Positions 24,088 to 36,995 of a stretch of DNA of 64,000 nucleotides are shown here, piece by piece. The notes beneath the pieces are model-generated. The model worked only from the letters and a program-made list of their open reading frames with translations. It had not been told where the DNA came from and made no database searches. A program made the position numbers and the translations under genes. Every line of letters begins with the position of its first letter. Within the stretch, counting starts at the first letter, position 1. The stretch comes from Terriglobia bacterium (GTDB lineage: Bacteria; Acidobacteriota; Terriglobia; 20CM-2-55-15), in assembly GCA_965198225.1 (NCBI GenBank), contig CBDAOY010000009.1, forward strand, positions 416,001 through 480,000, given 5' to 3'.

Positions 24088-25296
24088 TCAGGCGGAACCT
24101 GTGACGGTATTTCGCAGAACGTCGAAGGCCACTCGCGGCGCGGAAAGAACCAATTTCTTCTTGAGTCCAGCATAGGACTGCTCTCCGGCGATCAAGTCCC
24201 CGAGGATCGTTCGCAAGGTCGGGCTTCTTCCGGCGAACTGAACCATTCGTTTCCTGAAATTCCCGGCCATGAATCGGCCCCGGTAGAATCGCGAGTACAT
24301 CCTCGATGCTCGCGCCAGCTCCCCGACGCAATCAGATTGCAGAATCTCGGCATACTTGCCGGTGTCTGGAAAGGTGTCGGCGAGCAGTTCGGCCGAGCGG
24401 AGCGCGTAGCGAATTCCCTCACCGGTGATCGGGTCCACCAGTCCGGCGGCATCGCCGAGCAACGCCCAACCCGGACCGCCCACCGTGTTAGAGGCCCACG
24501 ATCCCGGACCTAAACAGGGTACGGGCGCACCCGGACCGCCCACCGTGTTAGAGGCCCACGATCCCGGACCTAAACAGGGTACGGGCGCACTGTAGAATTT
24601 GGCTTGTTCGACCACTTCGGCACCCAGATCTGCTTCGATGAAGTTTCCGAGAAGGGATTTCGCGCGCGAGGTCCATCCCGGATCGGGGCGGGTGATCAGT
24701 CCGTAGGAGATGTGGTCGGGTCTCGGAAACGACCAGATGTAGCCGGCCATCGAAGGGAGAAAGAAAATCTTCATGGTGGAGCTGGTCTCTCCGGGAATGA
24801 AATAGCCGAGGGTCACGCTGAGGTCGTTGCTCGAGATTGGAGTCGAAACACTGCGCCGAACGAGACTTGTGGCGCCGTCGGCGCCGACAAGGAAATCGGC
24901 CTGCAAGCTTTTGTTGCTTGTCTCGACGGACCAGCCCTTATCCGTGCGTGCGAGGCGACCGGCGCGCGCCTGGAGAAACTCGGCGCCGGCGCTGCGCGCC
25001 GCGGCCAGAAGGCGGATGCCGAGCTGTTTCCGCGATGCCACCGCGAGAGGAACGGAGGGCGCCAGCACGACCCCCGCGTGATCGCCGAAATGAACCGAGA
25101 TGCGGTCGATTTTCTGGAGTTCAAGGCCGGAAGCAGGACCGTTGGCGAGCTCCAGGGCTCTGGAGGTCAATCCGCCGCCGCAGGGCTTTTCCCATGGCCC
25201 CCGGGAGTCGACCAGCGTCACCCGATGTCCCCGGCGGGCGAGCAATTCTGAGACTCGGCAACCGGCGGGGCCGCCGCCGATAACGACAATGTGCAT
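24088..25296 (-). CDS. Geranylgeranyl reductase-family FAD oxidoreductase (with in-frame 20-aa duplication)
   Basis: VIGGGPAG, KPCGGG, GADG, GDAAGLVDPITGEGI. Confidence 0.88.
   Translation of the reverse strand: MHIVVIGGGPAGCRVSELLARRGHRVTLVDSRGPWEKPCGGGLTSRALELANGPASGLELQKIDRISVHFGDHAGVVLAPSVPLAVASRKQLGIRLLAAARSAGAEFLQARAGRLARTDKGWSVETSNKSLQADFLVGADGATSLVRRSVSTPISSNDLSVTLGYFIPGETSSTMKIFFLPSMAGYIWSFPRPDHISYGLITRPDPGWTSRAKSLLGNFIEADLGAEVVEQAKFYSAPVPCLGPGSWASNTVGGPGAPVPCLGPGSWASNTVGGPGWALLGDAAGLVDPITGEGIRYALRSAELLADTFPDTGKYAEILQSDCVGELARASRMYSRFYRGRFMAGNFRKRMVQFAGRSPTLRTILGDLIAGEQSYAGLKKKLVLSAPRVAFDVLRNTVTGSA
24471..24590. repeat. Perfect 60-bp tandem duplication
   Basis: 24471-24530 identical to 24531-24590. 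Confidence 0.97.
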
Positions 25297-25472
25297 GAAG
25301 GATCGTGTACTTCTGTTCAATTTGGCCGTCTATTCTATCATGGCGCAATTCCCATAAATGTCTTTAACGACAGGGGTTGAGGGCTATTTCGGCCCCGCGA
25401 TATGATTCAAGAGCTGGGAAAAAGGCTAAATCCCCGCCGCTTGGGAGGCGATACAGCGGATAGGAGATTCCG

Positions 25473-26006
25473 ATGATCCAGCCAAGCCACAGCGATGTCG
25501 GTCCGAACCACCCGATCCGGCCGCTCTTCCGCGCCTTGACAGAACGCGGGATGGCACAGACGAGAGTTAGCGACGAAGGAACCGTTGGCTACATCAGCAA
25601 CCTGCTGACGGAATTCGTCCGCACCGAAGACATGTATCGGGTTCGGGATGACCAGGGGCAGCTGGAATATCTGGCCGATCTGGTTTCCGTCGCCGACGAG
25701 GCCGCCGACGCCGATATCCGTCGTGATCATTACAAACACCTGGGCGACCTGACGCTGTTCATGCTGGGATTGTTTTCCGAGAGGCTGAGCCGGCCGCGCC
25801 GCGCCGACAACGCCAGCTACTACGCTGAGCAAGGACGGCGTTCCTACAGCATCGTGGCCGACCTGGAGTGGAGCCGCTCCGACCCCGCGGTCTACCGCAA
25901 GCTGTCCGACCAGTTCGAGCTGTATGTTCTGGGGCTGAACTGGGTGAAGCTCTACATCAACGATCCCTTCTTCCAGTACATGTTCCGGGAATTCGGAGTT
26001 TCCTGA
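25473..26006 (+). CDS. Hypothetical protein
   Basis: 177-aa ORF with AGGAG RBS and normal composition. Confidence 0.75.
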   Translation: MIQPSHSDVGPNHPIRPLFRALTERGMAQTRVSDEGTVGYISNLLTEFVRTEDMYRVRDDQGQLEYLADLVSVADEAADADIRRDHYKHLGDLTLFMLGLFSERLSRPRRADNASYYAEQGRRSYSIVADLEWSRSDPAVYRKLSDQFELYVLGLNWVKLYINDPFFQYMFREFGVS

Positions 26007-26174
26007 TCGCGTTCAGCTTTCTGCTTTCAGCGATCAGCCCAATCGGAGGGGACTAATGGCCTGTAACGGCAGTACAAGGCTGAACGAACCGCGAGGGGTG
26101 ACGGCGCCGAAGGCAGCGTGCTGAGAGCTGAATGCTGAGCGCTAGGTCAAAACCCTGCTAGAATATCGGCCGCC

Positions 26175-27020
26175 GTGGGGAAGACTAAAATCTCGGTCGT
26201 CGACTACGTCAACTCGGTGCCCCTCGCCTGGGGCATTCTCGAAGGCCAGCAGAAGGACGCATTCGATCCCGTCTTTTCGACGCCCGCCGAATGTGCCGAC
26301 CAACTGGCGGCCGGCAGTGTCGACATCGGCCTGATTCCGTCCATTGAATACCAGCGAATTCCCGACTGCCGGATCATCCCGGGGCCGGCAATCGGCTCTC
26401 TAAATCGAGTGCGGAGCGTAATGCTCCTGAGCATCGTTCCCCTGTTTCGGATCCGCTCTGTAGCGTATGACAGCGCCTCTCGAGCTTCAGTCGCGCTGAC
26501 AAAGATCATCCTGAATAAGTTCTATCGGGCGAAGCCGGAATTCCGTCCTGCGGAGCCTGATCCGGCCCGCATGCTCGCCGACAGTGACGCGGCGCTGCTG
26601 ATCGGCGACGCGGCACTCCGCTACCGAGCCGCGAACATGCTGCCGCGTGCCGAGAATCAGGCGGAGCTCATACGCGAGGGAGCCGAGCCCGTCCAGGTAT
26701 TTGACCTGATGGAACGATGGAACAACCTGACAGGCCTGCCGTTCGTGTTTGCCTTTTGGGCGGCTCGCAAGAGCTTTGGCGACCGGTCCGTGGTCGAGCA
26801 GCTTGTGGCGTCCCGCGATTTCGGACTCGCGAACCTGGACACCATCGCCGAACGCCACGCCGAGCAATCAGGGCTGGAGCAGGACTACGTCCTGCAGTAC
26901 CTCAAGAAGAACGTGTATTATCATATGGATAAGGATTGCGTCGAAGCGCTCCAGCTATTCTATGAGCTGGCAGCCGAAGTCGGAGCGGCCAAATCCCCCC
27001 GGGGCATCCAGTTCCTATGA
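26175..27020 (+). CDS. mqnA: Chorismate dehydratase (futalosine pathway)
   Basis: YVNSVPL, AALLIGDAAL, TGLPFVFAFW; adjacent to mqnC. Confidence 0.9.
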   Translation: MGKTKISVVDYVNSVPLAWGILEGQQKDAFDPVFSTPAECADQLAAGSVDIGLIPSIEYQRIPDCRIIPGPAIGSLNRVRSVMLLSIVPLFRIRSVAYDSASRASVALTKIILNKFYRAKPEFRPAEPDPARMLADSDAALLIGDAALRYRAANMLPRAENQAELIREGAEPVQVFDLMERWNNLTGLPFVFAFWAARKSFGDRSVVEQLVASRDFGLANLDTIAERHAEQSGLEQDYVLQYLKKNVYYHMDKDCVEALQLFYELAAEVGAAKSPRGIQFL

Positions 27021-28093
27021 GAAGCACTGCAGAAATCCTCGAAGGAGCCTTCGAAGGTGTTCGCGTCAGCGACCTCGATGCCGTTCGGCTCTTTGAGGAA
27101 GCCGACTTGCTGGACCTGGCGTCGGTCGCCGATCGTATTCGCGAACGCCGACACCCTGACGGCGTCATCAGCTACATCATCGACCGGAACATCAACTACA
27201 CGAACGTCTGCAACGAGTTGTGCAGCTTTTGCGCGTTCTACCGGGTCAAGGGTGACCCCGAAGCCTACGTCCTGCCGAACGACCTGATATACCAGAAGAT
27301 TCAAGAAACCGTCGACCGTGGCGGAACCGGGATCCTGATGCAGGGGGGCGTGAACCCGGACCTCGGGATCGAGTACTACGAAGAGTTGCTCAGTGGGATG
27401 CGGGAGCGCTTTCCCGATGTTCGGCGACACTGCTTTTCACCGCCGGAGATCCTCAACATCGCTCGAGTGGGAAGCCTGAGCCTCGCTGAAACCTTCCGCC
27501 GCCTGAAGGCGGCCGGCCTGGACTCGATGCCGGGAGGCGGAGGCGAGATCCTGGACGACGAGATCCGGCAGGACATCAGTCCGCTCAAGTGCACGACCGA
27601 GCAGTGGCTGATGGTCCACCGCGTGGCCCACGCCGAAGGGCTTCGGACGACGGCCACGATGATGATCGGCGTCGGGGAGCGGCTCGAGCACCGCATCCGC
27701 CATCTTCAGCGGCTGCGCGATCTTCAGGATGAAACGGGGGGCTTCACCGCGTTTATCCCGTGGACTTTCCAGAAGGAGAACACTCCCCTGGGCGAGCGGG
27801 ACCTCCCGGAGGTTACGGCGGCGGAGTACCTGCGCCTGCTGGCTCTGTGCCGCATCTTCCTCGACAACATCGACAACCTTCAGGTCTCCTGGCTGACAAT
27901 GGGCCTCAAGCTCGGCGCGGTTGCCCTGCGTTTCGGTGTGAACGATATGGGCAGCATCATGATCGAGGAGAACGTAATCAGCGCTGCCGGCGCCGACCAC
28001 TGGGCCACCGATGACACTCTCCGCCACGTCATTTCCGACGCCGGCTTTACTCCTCGCCAGAGAACAACCCTTTACGAAGAATACGTGAGCTAG
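27017..28093 (+). CDS. mqnC: Cyclic dehypoxanthinyl futalosine synthase (radical SAM)
   Basis: DRNINYTNVCNELCSFCAFYR, PGGGGEIL, AFIPWTFQ, GSIMIEENV. Confidence 0.9.
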   Translation: MRSTAEILEGAFEGVRVSDLDAVRLFEEADLLDLASVADRIRERRHPDGVISYIIDRNINYTNVCNELCSFCAFYRVKGDPEAYVLPNDLIYQKIQETVDRGGTGILMQGGVNPDLGIEYYEELLSGMRERFPDVRRHCFSPPEILNIARVGSLSLAETFRRLKAAGLDSMPGGGGEILDDEIRQDISPLKCTTEQWLMVHRVAHAEGLRTTATMMIGVGERLEHRIRHLQRLRDLQDETGGFTAFIPWTFQKENTPLGERDLPEVTAAEYLRLLALCRIFLDNIDNLQVSWLTMGLKLGAVALRFGVNDMGSIMIEENVISAAGADHWATDDTLRHVISDAGFTPRQRTTLYEEYVS

Positions 28094-28215
28094 CCAGGAC
28101 CGTGCGGGAAATGGGGCTGTCTTGGCGTGTTTCGGCATTTTTGCCCAACGGCAAGAATCCCAGCGCCAGGACGTTACCAATGGCCTCCGCGCTCGGGGGT
28201 CGCCCGTCGGGAGTC

Positions 28216-28385
28216 TAGTGGCCTGTAACGGAGATATCGGCGCCCGTCGGGTTGCGGCGGAACGGTCGGGTCTTCGTTGCCGCGACCATTTATTGTAAGA
28301 CCCGCCTGTCCCGGGTCGTCGACTCCTAGAATCCGGTGCCGTTCCACGGCAACGCTGGTACCGATATCTCCGTTACAGGCCACTA
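28216..28385. mobile_element. MITE family A, complete copy
   Basis: 25-bp perfect TIR TAGTGGCCTGTAACGGAGATATCGG; relatives at 28722, 47118, 56211, end remnant at 26053. Confidence 0.8.
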
Positions 28386-28386
28386 C

Positions 28387-29354
28387 CTAGGCCTTCCTGC
28401 CGAGCGTGTCGAACGGTTGCCATTCGGTTCCGCGCTTCGGCGCGATCAATTCCTCGAGCGGCTCAGAAGCCTTTTCGATGACGACGACGTAGGGGTAAAA
28501 GTGCATCGATTTGATCGACGCCTGAAAGCTTGTGGGCGGTAGGGCCGGTTTCGACCCGGTCGTGTCCATCGCGTTCAGGTTGTCGGCCAGCCCGCGGGCG
28601 TAGGCCGCGAAACCGTTGTGGAGGCCGTGGACATCTTCGCAGAGGTACACGCCGCCGGGGCGAAGATGCGGCACGGTACTGTAGGCCTAATGACCTAAAA
28701 ACGTTCTGCCGCGCAGACATCCTAGTGGCCTGTAACGGAGATATCGGCGCCCGTCGGGTTGCGTCGTAGAACGGTCCGGTGCTTCGTTGCCGCGAGTTCT
28801 TCCATCGTCGCAATCTGCTGGTCGGCGTGGTGGCCGCCGTCGTCGATGATGATGTCCAGGCCGTGGACATCCCGCTTGAAAGAGCGCCAGAAGCTCCGAT
28901 CCGCCTGATCGCCGACAAAGACGCGCGTGTATTCATTCTCGTACGCTTTGCAGGCGCTCTCGATGTCGACCCCGTAGATGCGACAATCCGGGCCGAAATA
29001 GTGGCGCCACATCTCGAGGCTGCCGCCGCTGTAAATGCCGATTTCGACGATCCGCACCTCATGCCCGACGAACTTGCGGAAATGACGGTCGTAGATTTCG
29101 AAATAATGATTCCATTTCCAGATGCCCCGGCCCTCTCGATGGGCATCGAAATAGGCCTGGAGCGGGTTCGGGGACGCTTCTTCGGCGGACGAAGCCAGGA
29201 TTCGCGCTGCGGGGTCCATCGACCAGGTTTGCGAATACCGGAAGCCCTCCATGGTACGGCGCAAATGTCGCAGGAGCCGGAGGGTCAGGCCGAGCGGATG
29301 CGTGAGCACCCGTGACAGGTCAGCGACCGCGCTCAGTTTACTCCGTGCCGACAT
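28387..29354 (-). pseudogene. Class I SAM-dependent methyltransferase interrupted by a 119-bp insertion
   Basis: N-part EIGIYSGGS...IIDDGGH..ATMEEL and C-part VPHLRPGGVYLCED rejoin in frame (282 aa) when 28676-28794 is removed. Confidence 0.85.
28676..28794. mobile_element. Composite insertion of back-to-back MITE-B and MITE-A halves sharing one CTAG
   Basis: 28676-28725 resembles the reverse complement of 44471-44520; 28722-28795 resembles 28215-28285. Confidence 0.7.
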
Positions 29355-29447
29355 TGTCCTGTTGTGCGACCGATTGGCGCGGCCGCTTGATCCCTCCGAA
29401 TCAGTTCATGCCTACCGTTTCGGTGGTGGGGTCTTCTAACGACCCCA

Positions 29448-29810
29448 CTACCTCCGTTTCGCATACGTGTCGGCGCCCATGAAATGGAGCGAGACGTAAG
29501 GCTCGTCCCCGACCACCCAGCTGTCGTGCGGCTCCGGGGGTATGTAAAAGAGAGTCCCCGGTTCCAGCTCTACGACGTGTCCGTCCTCGAAGACCGCGGT
29601 AGCTGTTCCGGTTAAGACCAGGCCGACATGCTCGACCTCGCAGAAGCGTGCTCCGGCCGAGGGACCGACGTCGACGGACCACTTCCAACCAGGCTCATAG
29701 GTGGCGCGCCCGAGGGTGAGGCCGCCGATCTCGACGACCTCGAACTTACCCTTCTCGAAGACCTCAACCCGGTCGGGCCGTTCGAATTTCTTGAGAATCA
29801 CGTTTATCAT
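29448..29810 (-). CDS. Cupin domain protein
   Basis: YEPGWKWS, CEVEHVG, PHDSWVVGDEPYVSLHF. Confidence 0.85.
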   Translation of the reverse strand: MINVILKKFERPDRVEVFEKGKFEVVEIGGLTLGRATYEPGWKWSVDVGPSAGARFCEVEHVGLVLTGTATAVFEDGHVVELEPGTLFYIPPEPHDSWVVGDEPYVSLHFMGADTYAKRR

Positions 29811-29954
29811 GAGCCCTCTGCCTGCTCCGGAAAATGAAATGCTGCACACGCAAACCCGCAGTTGCCGGGGTGAGGGTTACGATACTCACAGGGTTCGGCC
29901 GCATCAGGTCCATGCGATTGTGTGCCGTCGGCTTTACGCGGCGGCGGACGGTAG

Positions 29955-30695
29955 CTACGCGGACTCTTGAGCTAGCGTGCTGAGGATGTAACCGAGAAAG
30001 AGCGTTCCGTTGTAGGCCGTGTGGACCACGACGCAGGGGATCATCGACCCGGTCCGCTCACGCATTTCTGAAAGGATGTATCCCACCCCGAACAGGACGA
30101 GCATACCGGGCCAATTACCCCAGAGCTGCGGCACGTGCATCATGGCGAACATCAGCGCGGTGGCGCGGACGGCCACCGAACCGCTGAACAGGTCCTCGAT
30201 CACACGAAACAGGTATCCCCGGAACATCATTTCTTCCAGGAAGGGTGCGACTGCAATCCCGAAGACGCCAAACAGCGCAATCGCGACCGGTGTGTTGAGC
30301 ATCCGTTCGATCGGGGGGCTGCTCGGAGGAAACAGGCTCGAAACGATCATCACCGAGACGGCGAGGCCCGCGCCCAGCGCAAGCAACGTGCCGTTTTTCG
30401 TCTCGTAGTTCCGCGACCAGCGCATCTCCTCGAAAAAGGGCAACCGGTAAGCGAAATGAACGATGAAGGCTGCCATGCCGATCAGGGGAATTTCTACCAG
30501 CAGCGTCCCGGTCAACGCCCGCAACGCGATCGCGCTCTCCCCCCGGAACGGGATGAGGCTGACGATCGGCTGTACAACGATGGCGAGCAGGAAAAATGCC
30601 AGTATGAAATAGGAAAGGTCGCGCCCACGCCAGCGGTGACGCGGATGGGGCGTCTCCCAGTCCGGGGTCGTGGTTCGGGCAGCGTTCCCGCTCAC
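29955..30695 (-). CDS. CPBP (CAAX/Abi) intramembrane metalloprotease
   Basis: APFLEEMMFRG, FAMMH, HTAYN. Confidence 0.9.
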   Translation of the reverse strand: MSGNAARTTTPDWETPHPRHRWRGRDLSYFILAFFLLAIVVQPIVSLIPFRGESAIALRALTGTLLVEIPLIGMAAFIVHFAYRLPFFEEMRWSRNYETKNGTLLALGAGLAVSVMIVSSLFPPSSPPIERMLNTPVAIALFGVFGIAVAPFLEEMMFRGYLFRVIEDLFSGSVAVRATALMFAMMHVPQLWGNWPGMLVLFGVGYILSEMRERTGSMIPCVVVHTAYNGTLFLGYILSTLAQESA

Positions 30696-31678
30696 GCCCT
30701 GCCTCTATCCTGATCCGACTGCTTCAGGGCGGCGGCGATTAACGGAAGCATGATCTCGTGATGCCCGGTCAGGGCGATCGCCTGCCCGCCTTTGCGGGTG
30801 GGCCGCAGCAGGACGTTCTGAGTCGGGCGATAGTGTTGGATGAAGTCAACGTTGGCGGTCGTAAAATCGGTCAGCGGATCACCGAGATTGCGCACGACCG
30901 ACACCGCCTTGAGGAACACTTCCGGCAGGATCACTGCCGATCCCAAATTGATATAGACGCCGCCCCTGTGGAGTTGTCGGGTCACGCTGCAGAGCAGCTT
31001 GAAATCCCGCATCGTGCCCTCACCCAGCTTCTCGCCCGAGGCGGACGGGTGGATGTGGGTGATGTCGGTTCCGATGGCCAGGTGGATCGTAACCGGGATC
31101 GAAGCGATGTAGGCTTCCCGCAGGAGGCTCAGATGGGCGTGCTGGAACCCGATCGCCTCCGCGTTGGCGTCGACGAAACGCCCGAGGCTTTCGCCCAGGC
31201 CGATCCCGTCGCCAACCCCTGCGTTGATCGCCGCGTTCATGTATTCCCCGGTTTCCTGTGCCATCCCGAACCGGCCCGAGCCGAGTTCGTTCTCCACCTC
31301 CTCGGAGGTCGAGCCGTTCAACGCAACCTCGAAGTCGTGAATCGCAGCGGCCCCGTTCATCGCGATGGCGGTGATGAACCCGTCCCGCATCAAGTCGATC
31401 ACGATTGGACTCAGGCCGCACTTGATGACGTGCCCGCCCATACCCCAGATGATGGCTCGGTCCGAAGCGCGCGCGTCCCGCAGGGCTGCGATCAGTTTTC
31501 GAAGGTCTTCCGCCGCCAGGATTCTCGGGAGTTTGCCGATCAAATCGCCGATGTCGTCGGCAGCGTCGGCGGGCTGTCCGAACAGGCTGACGTCTACTTT
31601 ACTCGTCCGGTCTTTGAGCGGGTAAGTCGAGATGCCCTCGAAGTCGAGCGGGCGGATTGGGTATTTCGATTCAGGCAT
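30692..31678 (-). CDS. Conserved hypothetical protein, deoxyhypusine-synthase-like
   Basis: GMGGHVIKCG, IHDFE, GSAVILPEVFLKA, GHHEIMLP. Confidence 0.7.
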   Translation of the reverse strand: MPESKYPIRPLDFEGISTYPLKDRTSKVDVSLFGQPADAADDIGDLIGKLPRILAAEDLRKLIAALRDARASDRAIIWGMGGHVIKCGLSPIVIDLMRDGFITAIAMNGAAAIHDFEVALNGSTSEEVENELGSGRFGMAQETGEYMNAAINAGVGDGIGLGESLGRFVDANAEAIGFQHAHLSLLREAYIASIPVTIHLAIGTDITHIHPSASGEKLGEGTMRDFKLLCSVTRQLHRGGVYINLGSAVILPEVFLKAVSVVRNLGDPLTDFTTANVDFIQHYRPTQNVLLRPTRKGGQAIALTGHHEIMLPLIAAALKQSDQDRGRA

Positions 31679-32263
31679 TGGGGTAGGCGTCCGGAAACAT
31701 CTGCCGGTCGATCAGTTCACAGAGGACATGACCAAGCAGGATGTGCGTCTCCTGGATGCGTGGTGTCGTCCGGCACGGAACTCGGAACAGGACCTCGACA
31801 CGACCTTCCATGCCACCACCCGTTTCTCCCGTGAACCCGATAGTGTAAAGACCCCTCTCCCGAGCCACTTCGATTCCGGCGAGGACGTTCGGCGAGTTGC
31901 CGCTGGTCGAGATCGCGACGGCCGTGTCGCCGGGCTTTCCATGAGCCTGGAGCTGCCGGGCGAAAATCTGGTCATAACCATAGTCGTTGCCGAGCGCGGT
32001 CAGCACCGAGGTGTCGGTCGACAGCGAGATGGCCGGCACGGCCGGCCGGTCCGGCACGAATCGCCCCACGAACTCCGCCGCCATGTGCTGTGCGTCGGCG
32101 GCGCTTCCGCCGTTTCCGAAAAAGAGAATCTTGTTCCCGCCGTTCAGGCTTGCGGCGACGGTTTCAGCAACTTCGAGAACCTGGTCGCGGTACTTCCCAA
32201 AGAAGTCGGCCTGCACCCGTTGACTCTCCGCAACGAAGTGATCCAGCGCTTCACCGGGGGTTT

Positions 32264-32267
<4 letters not shown>
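31671..32267 (-). CDS. gmhA: D-sedoheptulose 7-phosphate isomerase
   Basis: [24 protein letters not shown]. Confidence 0.95.
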
Positions 32268-35068
<2,801 letters not shown>

Positions 35069-35261
35069 TCCAGTCTCACAGACAACGTTTGGAGGGGGGT
35101 GAAAACCCTAAATTCTAGCCCAAGTGCGCGGCGCGGTCAAAGCGGGGGAGAATTTGACGTTCGAGATTGTAGATTGGAAATTTCATATTGAGCTTGTTGA
35201 GCACGCGGCAGGCACAGGAGATGGCAATGCTACAGATGTAGTAATGGCGGCTTGGAAGGGA

Positions 35262-35711
35262 TCATTGGGGTGGTGGGCAGTCCTGATGGGCGGTAGTCCA
35301 GGCGGCGGCAGCCTCCCTGTCCAAGAACCTGCCTGCGCGGCCCTGCTTGCCCGCGATGTGGTCGAAAACGTGGTCGACGAAGTCGGTCAACGCTTTCCTG
35401 GCTTCGTCATCGAACTGAAACTCTTCGCCAGCGGGGCTTGCGAGGACGTTGTGGTCTTCCTGGCCGTCCTCGATCTGTTCCATCAGACCCATGGGCAGGC
35501 AATCGACGATGTCACCGGTGCGGAGCCGGCGAGCAGTGAACCCGAAACAATCCAGGTTCCCGCCGTCGGCCGCCGTGGTGTGTCGATCACGAAGCCATAC
35601 GGAAAAGGATAAGCTCGCGAGACCTCCACACGACGCTTGTACGCCAGCGTCTTTTTCGTCGTGTATGTTCTTGATCCTCGATCCCGCCTCGTTCTCGACG
35701 AACACTTTCAT
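35262..35711 (-). pseudogene. ppa: Inorganic pyrophosphatase with two compensating frameshifts
   Basis: Correcting a +1 and a +2 indel gives EKTLAYKRRVEVSRAYPFPYGFVIDTTAADGGNLDC (YPxxYG motif). Confidence 0.7.
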
Positions 35712-35720
35712 GGCGTCTCT

Positions 35721-36410
35721 TCACAACCCGGGAATCGAAGCGGTCTCGAGCGCTCCGAGCGTTGCCCCGTAGTCGGAGAAGTCCTCCAGGACGCACAGCG
35801 CCCCTTCGTCCAGCAATCGTTTGTTTCGTGGGCCGGCACCCACACCGACGAAGGGAAGCCACATCTTCGCCGCGGTCTGCACGTCCCACGCGGCATCGCC
35901 GATGTAGACGGTGCGCTCGAACGGGGTCGAGTGGGCCCGTTGCGCTTCGTCGATCACTGACTCGAGTATTGCTACGCGGGAGTAAGCTTGATCGGAGGAG
36001 GCAAATGGCACGCCATCGATCTCCACCCGTACGGTTCGCAGTTTCAACAGCGCAGACGCGCGCCAGCCCCCCGTCGCGATCGCGTACGTCCATCCCGGCT
36101 CCGCCGCGAGCCGCCGCAGCAGATCGGGTGCTCCCGGGATCGGTTGCAGGGGTCGCGTCTTGAATCGCTCCTCGAGAAGCTGTACGAATCGCGTTCGGAG
36201 CACCTCGACGTCTTTCGCGTCAGCCCGGCCCCGATGTTTTTCGAGGATCTCGGAGACAATACCCGAGTCGGTGGAGTAGCGGTAGGATGTCCAATCCGTG
36301 TCGATATCGCGGATGCCGAGCGACTCTTCGAACGCCTGGAGGAAACAGGCATTGTCGGCCGCGTTCGTATCCGTCAACGTCCCGTCGATATCGAAGATCG
36401 CGAGCTGCAT
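35721..36410 (-). CDS. HAD family hydrolase
   Basis: FDIDGTL, YIGDAAWD. Confidence 0.9.
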   Translation of the reverse strand: MQLAIFDIDGTLTDTNAADNACFLQAFEESLGIRDIDTDWTSYRYSTDSGIVSEILEKHRGRADAKDVEVLRTRFVQLLEERFKTRPLQPIPGAPDLLRRLAAEPGWTYAIATGGWRASALLKLRTVRVEIDGVPFASSDQAYSRVAILESVIDEAQRAHSTPFERTVYIGDAAWDVQTAAKMWLPFVGVGAGPRNKRLLDEGALCVLEDFSDYGATLGALETASIPGL

Positions 36411-36421
36411 CGAAGGGGAGC

Positions 36422-36943
36422 TCAGCGGTATTCGACCTCGAGTATTTCCAGCACCACTCTTCCTCGGGGCAGGCCGAGCGTCGCCTCGTCCCCGACCTTT
36501 TTGGACAGCAGCGCCTTGGCGATAGGGGAGATCCAGCTGATCCTGCCTCTGTCGGGTTCGGCCTCGTCGACACCACAGATGGTGTAGGTACTCTCGTTGC
36601 CTTCTTCGTCTGCGACCCTCACCCTTGCCCCGAATGCTACAGCCCCGGAGTCCTGCGTGGCGGGATCGACGATTTCGAATCTGCCGATGCGGTCACTCAG
36701 GATGCGGATCTGCTGGTCGATCTGCCGCAGCTTTTTCTTCGCTGAAGCATCCGCTTCGGACCCGGCCGCCTCCAGCGCCGGGGGCCGCTCGTCGCTCACA
36801 AGCCGCCTCAAGCGTTCCCTCAGACGTGTGGCTCCTGGCGGCGTGATGTAGTTCTTCACGCCGGGGGGCAGGACGTCGACAGGTTCCGGCAATGGATCGT
36901 GAACGTCTTCGTTGTCGGATTCCTTCGTGAACGCTCGTGCCAT
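36422..36943 (-). CDS. GreA/GreB family transcription elongation factor
   Basis: KNYITPPG, VAFGARV, ISWISPIAKALL. Confidence 0.9.
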   Translation of the reverse strand: MARAFTKESDNEDVHDPLPEPVDVLPPGVKNYITPPGATRLRERLRRLVSDERPPALEAAGSEADASAKKKLRQIDQQIRILSDRIGRFEIVDPATQDSGAVAFGARVRVADEEGNESTYTICGVDEAEPDRGRISWISPIAKALLSKKVGDEATLGLPRGRVVLEILEVEYR

Positions 36944-36995
36944 CTCCTTACTCTAAACCGTTTGTGCTTTCTCGGGGGACCAATCGTATTCCATG

